Assembly (NCBI GenBank): GCA_013265495.1
Contig: MU058793.1
Coordinates: 734,060-798,059, forward strand
Length of the DNA stretch: 64,000 nucleotides
Direction: 5' to 3'
Source of the DNA: Vicugna vicugna
Lineage: Eukaryota
Shown piece by piece: positions 12,547 through 24,792 of this stretch. Each line of letters begins with the position of its first letter. Position 1 is the stretch's first letter. Under the pieces are notes generated by a model. That model searched no databases. It saw only the letters and a program-made list of their open reading frames with translations, and was not told the DNA's origin. The translations under genes and the position numbers were made by a program.

Positions 12547-12776
12547 AGACTCACGGACATAGAGAACAAACTGGTAGTTACCAGTGGGGAGAAGGGGAAA
12601 GGACCAGTCTAGGGGTGGGGAGTGGGAGGCACAAACTATTGGGTATAAGACAGGCTCAAGGATGTGTTGACAACATGAGGAACATAGCCACTATGTTGAA
12701 ATAACTGTAAATGGAAGGCAACCTTTAAAAATTGTATAAAATTTTAAACATTTTTTAAAAAATACAATTAAAAAAA
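12547..12776 (+). mobile_element. 5'-truncated L1 3'UTR
   Basis: 'agactcacggacatagagaacaaactggtagttaccagtggggag...' with poly-A; near-TSD aagaatccactttgc / aagaactacactttgc. Confidence 0.82.
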
Positions 12777-12799
12777 AAGAACTACACTTTGCTCACAAG

Positions 12800-13252
12800 T
12801 ACTCTGACACTTCCATTGGTGTTCTGTGACCCCAGGATCCCTAACCAGAGTTAATCCAAGCACAGATGGACCCTTGGCCTGACTTGGGCCAAATGAATTC
12901 CCTCTCTAAGAAATCTGTAATTGTGACCTAGAGGCAGCTAGAGACAAGCTCTCCCTATGCCCAGAACTGAGGGATTTGGGAAGAGGGGACAATCTTTGAA
13001 ATTATGGCCTGATCATCTTGGACTTTGCAGTTGGAGAAGGGGATAAGGCATAGCTCAGGGAAAGAAGAGAGCCACAAGATGATGACATGGCTGCCTGAGA
13101 CCCTGATGGTTTTCCAATTCCTGGACTTGGTTCACCCTGAGGCCCTTGGTCTCTATGAGATATGCTCATCTCCTTTCAATAAATCCTCCTTCCTACTTAA
13201 GTCAGCTCAAACTGGGTTCTATAACCTTAAACCTGAAGCATCTTGGCCAAGG
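12800..13252 (+). mobile_element. Ancient MaLR LTR (MLT1M/N-like)
   Basis: 3' end 'aataaatcctccttcctacttaagtcagctcaaactgggttctataacc' typical of old MLT1. Confidence 0.5.
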
Positions 13253-13821
13253 TAAAGTTCTAGGCAAGACGTCTTGCTATCAGGAGGCAGCAAGGAAAAG
13301 TTTCCATCAATGAGAATCCCAGAAGTCCTGAGGAATCAGTCTGCAGCCGGTAACAGAGGACCCAACCTCCCTTTCTCCCCATCAGCACAGAACATGTAAG
13401 ACTCCGCTTGCCACAAAACTGAGCTCTTAGGGAATAGGAGTCCAGGAGGCAGAAGAAGATGATTTCAGTACAGTTTGTTCACCATCAAACAGATATATTG
13501 GAATCCTCCTCTGCTCTGGACATCACTGTGGCAGGAGGACTACAAAGAAGATAAGCCCACCCTGCCTTCTGTGAGCGTATAGCTTAGAAGGGGATAAGAG
13601 GATAGAAAAGAAACTCAAAGGAAAAGTTCCAGGTAAGAGTTTAAGTCCCATCTCTGCCACTAAGTTTGCAACTTTGGTAAATCACTCAGCCTCTCTGGTC
13701 TCCAACCTTCCCATCTGTCTACAAAATGAAGGGCAAGATTCAATGATCCTTCTGGGTTTTTCCATGATTCCTGCCACTATGTGAGACCTGGTACAAGAAT
13801 TAGCCACCGGCCTCAGCCCAC

Positions 13822-13985
13822 CAATGATTTCTAAATACAGTGTGAGGCTGGATGCATCAGAATCACATGGGAAACAGTCTAAAACTGCTGATTTCTAGAG
13901 CCTCAACCTGAGTTCTGATTGGGTAGGGTCGGGCAGCACTTTGTCTCGAGTGGATTTTGATGCGTGGTCAAATTTGGAAACTGCA
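13822..13985. mobile_element. hAT-Charlie MER5-type MITE
   Basis: 'gcatcagaatcacatgggaaac...tgattgggtagggtcggg...caaatttggaaactgc'. Confidence 0.55.
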
Positions 13986-14079
13986 ACCCCGAGCTATTGT
14001 ACATTATGTAGAAATGTCCCAGCCCTCCCTTAAGGATATAAATAATCAGCAGCATAATAAACTGCACATTAATTGTTAA

Positions 14080-14190
14080 TACTCACATAGCAATTCTTAC
14101 ATAGCATTACTATGTGCCAGGCCCTGTCCTAAGTGCTTTACATCTATCTACTCACTTAATCCTCATAACAATCTTGCCAGGTAAGTACTT
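14080..14190 (-). mobile_element. MIR fragment
   Basis: 'tactatgtgccaggccctgtcctaagtgctttacatctatctactcacttaatcctcataacaatc'. Confidence 0.75.
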
Positions 14191-14689
14191 TGCTGTTCCC
14201 AGAGTGATTTTAATCATTTTTCTCATGTCTTCTGTCCTTGATGCAGCCATGGTCTTTGATCAGGCCTCCCCTGTAGGAGAGTGATTTGAATAAATGAATA
14301 GTTCTAATTAAATAAAACATAAAAGGAGAAGAAATCCTAATTTAAAGGCTAGCTGTCCAGGAGCCTGTCTCATGCCCCCACTCCTTCCCAGTCTTCATGT
14401 TGGTGTCTACCATGTCTCCATAACATGGAATTGGCAAGGGAATGGATTGAACATCCCAGGAGTGAGGTGATCTAATGCAACAGACACTTAGTTGTGGGTT
14501 TCTTCTGCCACTGACCAGGTTGTCATGAGGAATTTGTGCAGTAGATGAGGTAGAAGTGACCCAATTGGATGATCTTGAAACATTATCAGACATTTGCACC
14601 CTGAATAAATTAACAACCTGTGATATGAAAAAGATGAGGAAAGGGGTGAGGGCATAAACCATAGAAGATTTATTGAATGTGGGGAGGGT

Positions 14690-15610
14690 TCTATCTCAAG
14701 GAAGAATGTAACAAGTAACAGGAGTTTAAATAATAAAGCATTCTATTGTCTCACATATCTAAGTTTGGAGCTAGATGTTCTGAGATGGTTCAGCATTGTA
14801 TCAGGGAGCCATATTATTTTTTTTCCTTCCTTTCATTCCACCATCCTCCACATGTAGATTTTCAACCTGTAGCTTATTACCTCATGATCTCAAGATAGCT
14901 ACCATAGCCCTGGGTATTGCATCCTAACACAACAGCATTCAAAGAAGGAAGGGAGAGAAAAGGCCCTTTCTTTGTACATCTCTCTCTGTAACCAGGCAGG
15001 AAAATTCCTTCCAGAAATAGAATTCACTTTGTGCCTCATTGGCCAGTATTGTGTCACTTGACCACTGTTAAGGGTTGATTTGTGACTCCCCAAAATTCAT
15101 GTGTTTAAGTCTTAACCCCCAGTATCTCAGAGTGTGACCTTATTTGGAGATAAGGGCTTAACAGATGTAATCAAATTAAAGTGAGGTTCCTAGGGTCTCT
15201 CCTAACCCAATACAACCAGTGTCCTTACAAGAAGAGGGAATTTGAACACATACACAGACAGCAGAAAGATGATGCAAAGATACAGGGAGAAGACAGTCAT
15301 CTAGAAGCCAAGAGAAGCCCTGTAGAAGATCCTTCCTTCACAGCTCTCAAAAGGAATAGGCCCTGCTGACACCTTGATCCTGGACTTCCAGCTTTCAGAA
15401 ATATGAGACAATACATTTGTGATTAAAGCCACCTCATTTGTGGTACATTGTCACAGAAACCATGGCAAATGAACACAGCCACCCCTTACCTAACTTCATG
15501 AGATGCCACAGAAGTGAATATATAATCTGACTCTATTGTGTGAGGTAGACCTGCAAGCACAGAGCATAGAGGGGAGAATGCCTATTGGCTGCTCAACCAG
15601 TAGTGACAGT
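14690..15610 (-). mobile_element. Old MaLR LTR (MLT1J/K-like) split by a younger MLT1 LTR
   Basis: 'cctcatgatctcaagatagct', 'ctcattggccagtattgtgtcacttgaccac' continues after 15477 as 'gccacccctta'. Confidence 0.65.
15066..15477 (+). mobile_element. MaLR solo LTR MLT1A/MLT1B type
   Basis: TG...CA ends, 'cccagtatctcagagtgtgaccttatttggagataagg', 'ccctgctgacaccttgatcctggacttccagc'; 5-bp TSD accac (15061-65) / gccac (15478-82). Confidence 0.88.
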
Positions 15611-15614
15611 CCCC

Positions 15615-16055
15615 ATCTTTGTTTGCAAGTCACAGAAATAGAATTTGACTAACTTAGTCAGAAAAGGAATGCATTCGAATAATATGAGGAAGGGGTTAGG
15701 GTTAGGGGCTTGAGGGGAAGGCTAGAGAACCAAGCTCAGAGAAGTACAGAAAGCAGGAAGGACCGGGGGTCTGGATAGCAGGAGTAACGTAATCTCTTCT
15801 CTTATCTCCCCCACTATAATGAATGAGCTCCTAATACATAATTTGACCTTAAAATGCTTAAGATTCCAAGTCCCAGGAGAGCAGGGACCCACCTTTTGAC
15901 CAGGGAGAAAGAGGGAAGGGTAATCTGATTTAAGTCCAACAAAGCAAGACTACACTGAGTCGGAGACAGATGATTCTCCAAAAGAAAAGTAAGGAATTGC
16001 TTCTTAAAGAATTAGGGATAAATACTGGGAGGCCAGAGAAATTAAGTGTCCACTA
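15615..16055 (-). mobile_element. Ancient MaLR LTR (MLT1L/M/N-like)
   Basis: 'tttgtttgcaagtcacagaaatagaatttgactaacttagtcagaaaaggaat...aaatactgggaggccag...tgtccacta'. Confidence 0.55.
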
Positions 16056-16884
16056 TCCTGGTCGAAGCAGAGCAGTGGGTACAGAAATCAGAGACAAGTA
16101 GGGCTTTCCTAAAACAATTTCAGGCTGTCCCATATTCTGGGGAGGGGTCCCCAGGGCCAAGTTATTTTTAAGTTCCCCACACTTTCTAATCGATAACCCC
16201 AACCTCTGAGTGCAATACCTAATTACCCAGTTCCATTCAGGAATCATCTTCCAATCTCTTCTCCTAGGTCTTCTCTACACCCTTTGGATCTTAAGCCCTC
16301 AAAGGACCAAATTAAAAAGCAAACACAAAAACAACAACGTCATTTCACCAGGATCACCCTGTTTCTTCAGATTCACTACCTTTTTCCGTACGAATGGCAA
16401 AGGAAAAAAACCACTTGAGTCTGGGTCGACAAGGTACCAAAACATTTAGTCAGTTAGATCAAGTTGGCAAACAGCCTGTCACTCTGGTAGAGGGAGGGAG
16501 AGAATCTGTCAAATTAGTTGCTTGACTGAATTGAAGAGCTGTCTTGGTCAAAATAAGTCTTTTTTTTTTATTATTAAATGTTGACAGATCATAGTATGTC
16601 AAAAAGAAAATCTACAAAAGCCACTTTTCATCTATGTAAACAGCAAAACCAAGGTGGCATATTGGAAATCCCTAAATAACACTTTGTCTACATAAAAGGA
16701 TGTAATTCTTCAGGTCAGAATAAATTAGGAAAAAAAGCCTACTTTTCGAGTAGAAAAGGATTGACTGTCTAAATTCCCCAGAGATGGCGTGTCACCAGAA
16801 TCAGTATGATTTCTCACCCCCTCTGCCACGTCACACTACCTGCACAGACATAGCATAGACTCAGTGGGCGCCCTGATCGTTTCT

Positions 16885-17070
16885 GTTTATTATCTTATTT
16901 AATCTGACCAGCAACTCTTACCAGGTAAGGACTGCGAACCCCACTGCAGAAAGAGGAGACTGTGGTTGATGTGATCTACATGGCTTCCCCAACTTTACAC
17001 AGATACTAAATTTCAGAGCAGAGATTTGAACTTATGTCTAACTTCAAAGCCCTTGGTTTTAACCACCACG
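16885..17070 (-). mobile_element. MIR relic
   Basis: 'cagagcagagatttgaacttatgtctaacttcaaagcccttggttttaaccac'. Confidence 0.6.
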
Positions 17071-20000
17071 CTGGTGGCTGTCTCCTAAGAACACTTGACT
17101 TTTCCTTCCCGGCAACTTTCTTCTTGGGCTGACTCAAAAATTCTAGAACAGTCTTTTGTAACTGTTCGAGGTCAAAGAGTACCCCCTTTCATCAGCTCCC
17201 ATAAGTGCAAAGGTGGCCACTTGACAGCCCTGGCTTCAAAATTCCTTCACCCAAAATGCCCTAACCTTCCTTTTAGGCTCAAAGCCAATAAAGTCTCCTC
17301 TTCCCTTTCTAATACTCTGTGTTCCATGCACAATGTGGATTTCCTGCCTACGCTGCACGGTCTGTGTTCTTAGAAGAATTTTCACACTTTAGCATCTGAC
17401 CCAGGATGTCCACTACTGCCTTATTTTATTTAACTCAGACACCAGGGGGGCTCTTTCTGTGAGCACAGTGGTAAGATTTTCATTGCATTGTCATTGACTT
17501 TTGTCTTATATTTATGACCATGTATTCCATTTCTCCTTTAATTTAAAGACTAAGAGTTGCTTGAAAGGCACCAAGCAAGGCTGGCTACTCAGTGGACTGT
17601 CTGCTGCCACTTCTTGATGGCTTCCTGCCATTTATTCAACCCAGCTTCAATTGCTTCTTTGTGCAGTGTGACCAAAGCCCAAAGGACTCACAGAACATGA
17701 AGAAATGGTTTCTAGTTAACCCTTCTCTTCAGGGATCATGGCTCAAGAGGTACCTAGGGCTCTTAATAGCACATGGACCTTTTTATTCTTTGCCTTAAGG
17801 GTTGTGACAGAAATTAATAAGGAGTGAGCTTCCCAAAGGCCATTTGAGTAAAACACAAAACTATTTTTGAACAACCGCTTCAACAGCCTGAATCAAGTTT
17901 TTAAATCCTAGACCCCTATTTTCTAACATTTATCTCTTAGAGAAGCATTATGTATCATTGAGCTCAGCTCCAGGATCAGACCCAGAAGTAAAAGGAGTCA
18001 TACGAGGAATGAGGTTCAGAAGCATGGCTCCTCTTTTAAAAATAGAAAAAGAAAAAGAAAAAAATCATCACAAGGGTGACCAACTTTCTTGCCCTTAATC
18101 TCACCTTAAAACTAAAAGAACACTTTGGATTGTCTATAACTCTTTTTTTCTCCCAATTTATATCCACTTTCCAGGACAAAGGACAAGTTGTGAAATAAAG
18201 CACGCCCACAGAATCATCTGTCCCAAAAGCTATCCCAAGTCGGCTCCCCACAAAAATTGCACGTAGGTTCATATCACGTTCCCAAACATTGAGAGTTTAA
18301 TATCTACAAAGAGATTCATTGCAACTAATTGCTTGATTCTAAACAGCATTTCTTTTCCCTCTTTGCCAAGAAGTTTTTATTAAATAGATGACATATTTTA
18401 TAATCAATTTCAATTTAAAATTAAAGAAATAATCAATCCACTTGCCTCTCAGTCCAGGGTACTTCTATTAATCTATTATGTATTATTTCATATAAATTAC
18501 ACATATTATTTTTGTATGAATACAACAAGACGAAGATCTGTCAGCCCACTACTTTGTGTATACCACCACTGTTGGGTCTTACCTGTGGGCTTCTTCTCCA
18601 TCCCAGCTCCCAGATACCTCTAGAGGTCCAAGATTTTTCTTTTATTTTTTTCTTTTAGTTTTTAAATGTGTGTCTTCCTAAATGTATTGCCTAATTTTTC
18701 TACTCTTTGAACTTTGCATCCTCTGCTGCAATTCTGTTTCAATCTTGTATAAATCCAAGAACAAGATGGAAAGAATAAAACGGGAAGGGCAGAATTTGAC
18801 TTAAGTTGGGCAGGGGTGCAAAAGAGGACTGCACTTGGGGTGATGCCCACACCAGGCAAGCCACACGTGAATCCTCTTCCTGACTATGTCTGATCACCCT
18901 GACCCAGCTCCACCCACAGCCACAGGCAACCCATAAAAATCCACCATGGCTGCCTGGTCCTCAGAGCCCTTCACACCCTTTGTCTCACCCCTGCTTTCTT
19001 GTCAGGGTCCCCCACTACCTGTCCTTGGCCCTGTCCCTGAATATTTTCAGTCTACAAGGACTTCTGGAGCACCTATCACATGTCAGAGGGATATGGCAGG
19101 CGAGGGGCTTGTCTTTACATTCCGTTGGAGGGAAACATAATAAGTAAACAAAAAGATGAGTCCAGATTGTAATCATTGTCTCTTGCCCTATTTATTTTCT
19201 TGGTAACAGGGGATGAGCTTAAGAAAAGCATTCCAAGCAGAGAACTGGAAAGTGTGAGCTCCCCAAGGTTGGGCTCATGTCTCAGCATTGCCAAATGAAG
19301 CTGTGCCATCAAGGAGAGGGTCCTAGAATTGGAATTATGGCCCCAAACCTGCTACTGCTTAACAGTGGGACATATGGGCAAGTTGCTTGACTGGATCATC
19401 AGCTTTTTCAGATTTAACATGGGATGGGTAAGGGGAGGGAAGACTTTGAGTACCCATTGTACACTGGGCACCATACATACTTCATCTCTTTTAATCCTGA
19501 GAGTTAACACCATTTTATGGATGAGAATGTTGAGGCTGAGAGATATTCAAAAAATAACTTTCCCAAGGCCACAATGGTAGGATTCTAACCAAGGTTCTCT
19601 AAGCCTCTACACAGCACTGCCTCAGAGATATCATGAGTACTAAATAAGAGAAGGCTTGCAAAAATGTTCACTGAAGTGTTCTTTGCAAATGTGAGGTGTA
19701 ATTACCACTTTTTAATACTACTTCAAGTTACTCTCCCACATACTTTCTGCCTAATGAGCTATTTGACCTTTCCCAGATGTTTCTTGCACTTTGATGAAGA
19801 CCTCTGCTTATATAATTCCTTTTCCTCAAGTATTCTCCCCCCTCAGCTTACCTACTAGGTAATCTTTTATTTCGTTTTCAAAAAGACTCACTCAGTAATT
19901 ACTTCCTTTCAAATCTTTCTTACTCTTGTTCTGAAAACAAGATTGATTACCACTTCTTCTGGATTCTAATGGTACCCAACACATACAGAATATACAGACA

Positions 20001-20314
20001 GTATTAGCTGTTGATGAAATAATGCATTAATGTGCACCCCAAAACTATATAACTTCCAACAATAATTTTTTTCATCCTCAAAACTCTAGGGGTTGGCTGG
20101 GGGTTGGCTGATCTAGGTTGGGCTAAGCTCCAAACTGCATGTTGAGTCCGAATCTACTCCACATAAGTACTGCTTGGAGCTTCTCCAAAGAAGTGAGCTC
20201 TCTCTGATAGAAAGAGCTATAGAGTCAAATGGCGAAGGATGGAGAATCAGGAACAGGTGAAGATTTGTGGTCAATAACTCCATCCGTCACATACACCTAG
20301 TAAAACGATCATAT

Positions 20315-21235
20315 AGCCATTCACTCAACATCTTCTTATTGAGCACCTACTGTGTGCCAGGCCCTCTTCTGAGCTCTGTGGGCATAGCAGTAAGCATAGC
20401 CAGTGAAGACACCCATCTACATGGAGCTAACATTCTGATGGGAGGATGCAGACAAATGGGCGAGAAAAGTAATTTCAAACTGTGTTCAGTGTTGTGAATA
20501 AAACCCAGACATGTGGTAGAGTAATGAGAGCAATGGTGGGAGCAAAGGGGAAGCACAGTTACCTTAGACAGGTGGGTGGGAATGGCCTTTCTGAAGAAAT
20601 GGCTTTGGAACAGATATGAATAATGAAGCAGAGCTGGTCCCACAAATCATGTGGAAATCTGGGAAATAGCATTCAGGCAGATGGATGGCTCCCATGTCTC
20701 AGGAACACAAAGAAGCCAGTATGGTAACAGAATCACCTAGGAGTCTTATTACAACACAGATTGGTGGGCCTCACCCCTAGAGTTTCTCATTCAGTAGGTC
20801 TGGTGTGGGCCTAGATATTGCAGCTCTAACAAGTTCCCGGTGATGCTCATAGTGCAGGGACCACTTTTGAAGCTAGGGTACCTGTATGATCAAGAGAGTG
20901 TGGCATAAGGTGAGGCCCGTTAGGCCATGCTGAAGAGCTTGAATGGTATGGTGTGTGCACTGGGAAGCTATGGAGTACATCAAGCAGGAAATTGATGTGA
21001 CCTGATATATGTTGACTAGAGCACTCTGTCCTCTACATGGAGAGAGGGAGACAGGGAACCAAAGCAGAATAGGGAAGTTGAGATTCTTATTCATATAAAA
21101 CCACCAGGTCTCCAAGGTTCCCACTTGGGGTGATGGGGCACACAGAGCTGGCACCAACATAGAGAAGAATCATGGTAGAGAGAAGGTATGGGAAGGAGGT
21201 GAGGTCAATTTAGAGGTCCCACTGGGACATCCGTG
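20315..21235 (-). mobile_element. L2 LINE 3' region, interrupted by MER5A
   Basis: 'cattcactcaacatcttcttattgagcacctactgtgtgccaggccct', 'catggagctaacattct', 'ggcctttctgaagaaatgg'. Confidence 0.75.
20722..20872. mobile_element. MER5A hAT MITE
   Basis: 'cagaatcacctaggagtcttattacaacacagattggtgggcctcacccctagagtttctcattcagtaggtctgg...ctaacaagttcccggtgatgct'. Confidence 0.8.
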
Positions 21236-21564
21236 TTGCACAACTCCATTTAATGTGGATGGCAGTCCTGCAGAACAGAAATATGAAAGGACAATATGAG
21301 CAGCATCTCCTGAAGTTGTGCAAAGTCAGCCTCAGAAGGTTCTCCCACCACTGAGCTTACATTCAAGTGAGAGGAGGCAGACAAGAGGCAAGCAAGATAC
21401 TTTCAAATGGTGTTCAGTGCTATGAAGACAATAAACTTTCAACTCTGTATAGAGCACTCATGTGGCTGCTACTCCCTGTCTACATGGCTGGGCCATCCCA
21501 GTGCTGCATTCTTAGAACCTTTTGGTTAAGGAAGACACACAGAGAATGGTAACTTGCAGGTAAT

Positions 21565-21800
21565 AATAGTGGCTAATATTTATCAGCACTTACGAGGCTC
21601 TTTTGGTGTATTAGTTTAAACAACAATCTTATGAGATATGTATAATCATTCTCCCCATTTTACAAGTGGGAAAACTGAGGCACAGAGTGGTTTAGTAACT
21701 TTAGTGGAGGACACACAGCTAGGAAAGACCAAAGCTGGGATTCAAGACCAGGGAGGCTAAAGGCAGAGCTGGGTCTTGTACCCTCTCAGCAACACTGTTT
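21565..21800 (-). mobile_element. MIR SINE
   Basis: 'ccccattttacaagtgggaaaactgaggcacagagtgg...ctgggattcaagaccagg'. Confidence 0.8.
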
Positions 21801-22679
21801 CTCAGTTACTCACCAGCAGACTCTGTCTGAAGAGGTCTACATCAACTTTATCCCCTGGCCAGACTCTAATATTACCAAAGGGAAAAGTCCAGTCTTGCCA
21901 AGGCCTATGTGCTTTGCCAATAAGTAGTTAGAACTATCAGAGTGTCTGTAGCATTTAAAATAAAAAAAGCTTGAATCTCTGTTTCAGACCTTTTACACAG
22001 AGAAAATATGGACATTTTCTTTTAATAATACTACAGAGAAATAATGAAATGGTAGCATTACAAAAACATAATTAGGTCTTCAAAAAAAAAGTCTCCACTG
22101 GAGTCCTATAAAAAGACCACAGGTGTTCGTCATTATTTTTTATTTAGCAGACAGTTTTAGCCATTGTTTGTTTTTTTCCCCCATTTATTAAGTTCTGGTA
22201 TTTTAAGATGATTTGTGTATAATAATAACAATAATTTCCTGTTTGCCTGTCAGTTGTGAGCTGCTTTAATTACAGATATTCATTTTCACAAGTTAACTTG
22301 GTAAACATGCTCATTCGTTATGTTCCCTGCTCATTAAATCAGTTAGCACAGCTAGTAACTATGTTAAGTATCTCGCTGTCGGGTTTCAGCAAAGGATCTT
22401 CATTGGTTTCCAATACTATTTCTCACCGAGGCACAGACTTCCTGAGAGTCCCTTCCCATTGGCTTGGAGATGCCGAGTTTTCCATCTCTGCAAGGCCAGG
22501 TTTGGACATTTGGACTAATGGAGGCATCCACTTAAAGCCTCGTATGCCAGAGTCAAAATCATTCATTCAGACCAGAGCGCAGTACTTAGTAATCAGAGGC
22601 AAGAGATGAGATGAAGGAAGAGGGACACCCTGATGAGGGAGGATCTGAGTAGACATGTTTAGTGCACACCTGACAGTAA

Positions 22680-23132
22680 CCCTGTCCTTAGACATCCTCC
22701 AACTGATCTCTGCAGAAGGGGGGTGCCTACGTGACCACAGACAACCTGGACCTCTGGTGGCAGCAAATTATTCCAGGGGTGGACATCAGATAGCATTAGT
22801 TGTCTCACTTGACACTTGAAGGAGAGACGTCAAGTTGGAGAAGTAAAACTCAGACAGAATGGGGGCTGAGTCTCCGAGCCATAACTGCCCCAGACACTCA
22901 CAAGCATGGAAAAGTATGAAGAGATGAATGAAGCAGACAGTCCTCAGCAACAGAAGAGCACGCGACCAGGAAAAAAAAAAAAGCAGACAGAAGGAAAGCC
23001 ACCTAAAAACTTAGCAGTTCCCAAGAAACCCAGCTACTGTCCTTGAGAATTCCATGCATCTTTACATTAAACCAGTTACTTAGCTAATTTAGTGGATCTC
23101 TGTTGCTTACAACCAAACACGCTTTGATCAAT
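22680..23132 (+). mobile_element. Ancient MaLR LTR relic
   Basis: End 'cttagctaatttagtggatctctgttgcttacaaccaaacacgctttgatcaata'. Confidence 0.45.
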
Positions 23133-24374
23133 AAATGTTTAATCATAGTGACCAGAATGATGGTGGTTCCACTAAGTGTCGTCTCTGGTAAATTCCAGTT
23201 TTTCTAGGAAGAAGCCAGAGATACGAGTGCTGAGTAGATGTTTCATTCCAATTTTCCTTTAAGAAGTGGAGATTATGATTATGTGGACACACCAAATCAG
23301 GACTAAGGGAAATAAAGGGTTACAAGCTCCCAGCAGCTAAGTCACAAGGCACAAGCAGAAGCAGTTCATCTGAGGTGTGAGTCAGGATGGAGGAACTTGT
23401 GTCAAGAGACTCAAGACTAGACATTTAAGACAGAATAAAAGTCCCATGAGTTGACCATGGTCAATTCTTTTAATTACTCTACCTTATTTCCTTTGTGGCC
23501 TTGCTGGGCTTTCCTAAAATAGGAAGATCCATTGGTTATCTCTGGACAAGCAATAAGGAGAAACTGAATGAGAAGAAGCTTTGATACAAGCATGGGGCAA
23601 TTAGGGAAGATGACATTTAGGCATGCTGAGTTTACGATGGGTCATCTAGATATGGAAGCATCAGATCCTGAGGGGCACCATTACCCACCATAGGGCAAAA
23701 GTCACCACATTTAATAAGCCCAAACCAATCTGGTAAGGATTCTTCAAAAGGCTCCAAAATTAGTCCCACACGATTTTCTCCATGATACATAACATCGTCC
23801 TACATTCCCTTCATAGTTTGCAATTTCAGTTCCCCCTTATTTGGTTCTCCTATCTGCTCATCACACATCTATCCTTTGGCTTCTCCCATGGGTTTCCATT
23901 ATCTCTGGATTTTCCCTCCTCTCAGAGAGAAATCCTTAGGTCAATACTGGACATGTGTGCTGAAATTCAAGAGAGCTGAGAGGCTCATGCTCTGTCCCTG
24001 GAGGTAAGGATGGAATACCACCTAAACCACAGGGCCTCAGGGGTGCAGAGCAGGCAGAGAAAGAATTTTTTTGTCCCAAGGTCCCCAAAGGAGTTGGGTG
24101 ATAATAGGACCTAGAGTTTATGTGAAGGGTTATAGTCTTGGAAGAGGAAGAAATTTGAAAGGAAGGAGAAATGTTTAGGTAGCGCAGAGGAGTGACAAGG
24201 GATCTCCCTTTAGAGATGTTCATCTTCCCTGTAGAGTGTGCTGGAGGTACAAGGCTCAGAGACGGTATTACAGGCATGAACAGAGCGGGAAATATTTCGA
24301 GAAGGCAATGTCTGCATACTTATGAGACTCACCTTCGCGAGCACATACAGTCATTTGTGTGCACTCTGTAGGTT

Positions 24375-24792
24375 TTGACTAACCCTGTATCCATTTTCCC
24401 CTCCTCTGATAATAGCACCTGGTTTTGATTTGGAACCCCAATGGATACAGACTTACTGGGTCTGTCAATCAGAGCGTCCCACCCTCTCCTGCCTAAGGAG
24501 TGGACCGATGACCCAAGTTTGACCAGTCAGAGGTCTCTCCCTGGAATGTGAATCTTGAATGTAGTAACACAGAGACTGAAAACTCTTAGTGCTGATTCAT
24601 TCAGATGGCAGCTCCTGGAAGGGACAGCCTTTAGTTCCCGTTCTCCAAAGGCAAGGAGAACTCAGTCGGGGGTCTAGTTCTTAAAGTCTTCCTTTAGTTT
24701 TGTGACTCACTCACGATTTTCCAAGTTCCTTCTTCTCTTAAATTGGTCAAAACCAGGTTCTCTTGCTTATAACTTAAAAACCCAACCAAGGA
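24375..24792 (+). mobile_element. Ancient MaLR LTR relic
   Basis: 'gatgacccaagtttgaccagtcagaggtctctccctggaat', end 'cttaaattggtcaaaaccaggttctcttgcttataactt'. Confidence 0.5.

Noticed and set aside
17438..17455. CTCF-like motif acaccaggggggct
   Set aside because: Imperfect match and expected by chance in 64 kb.
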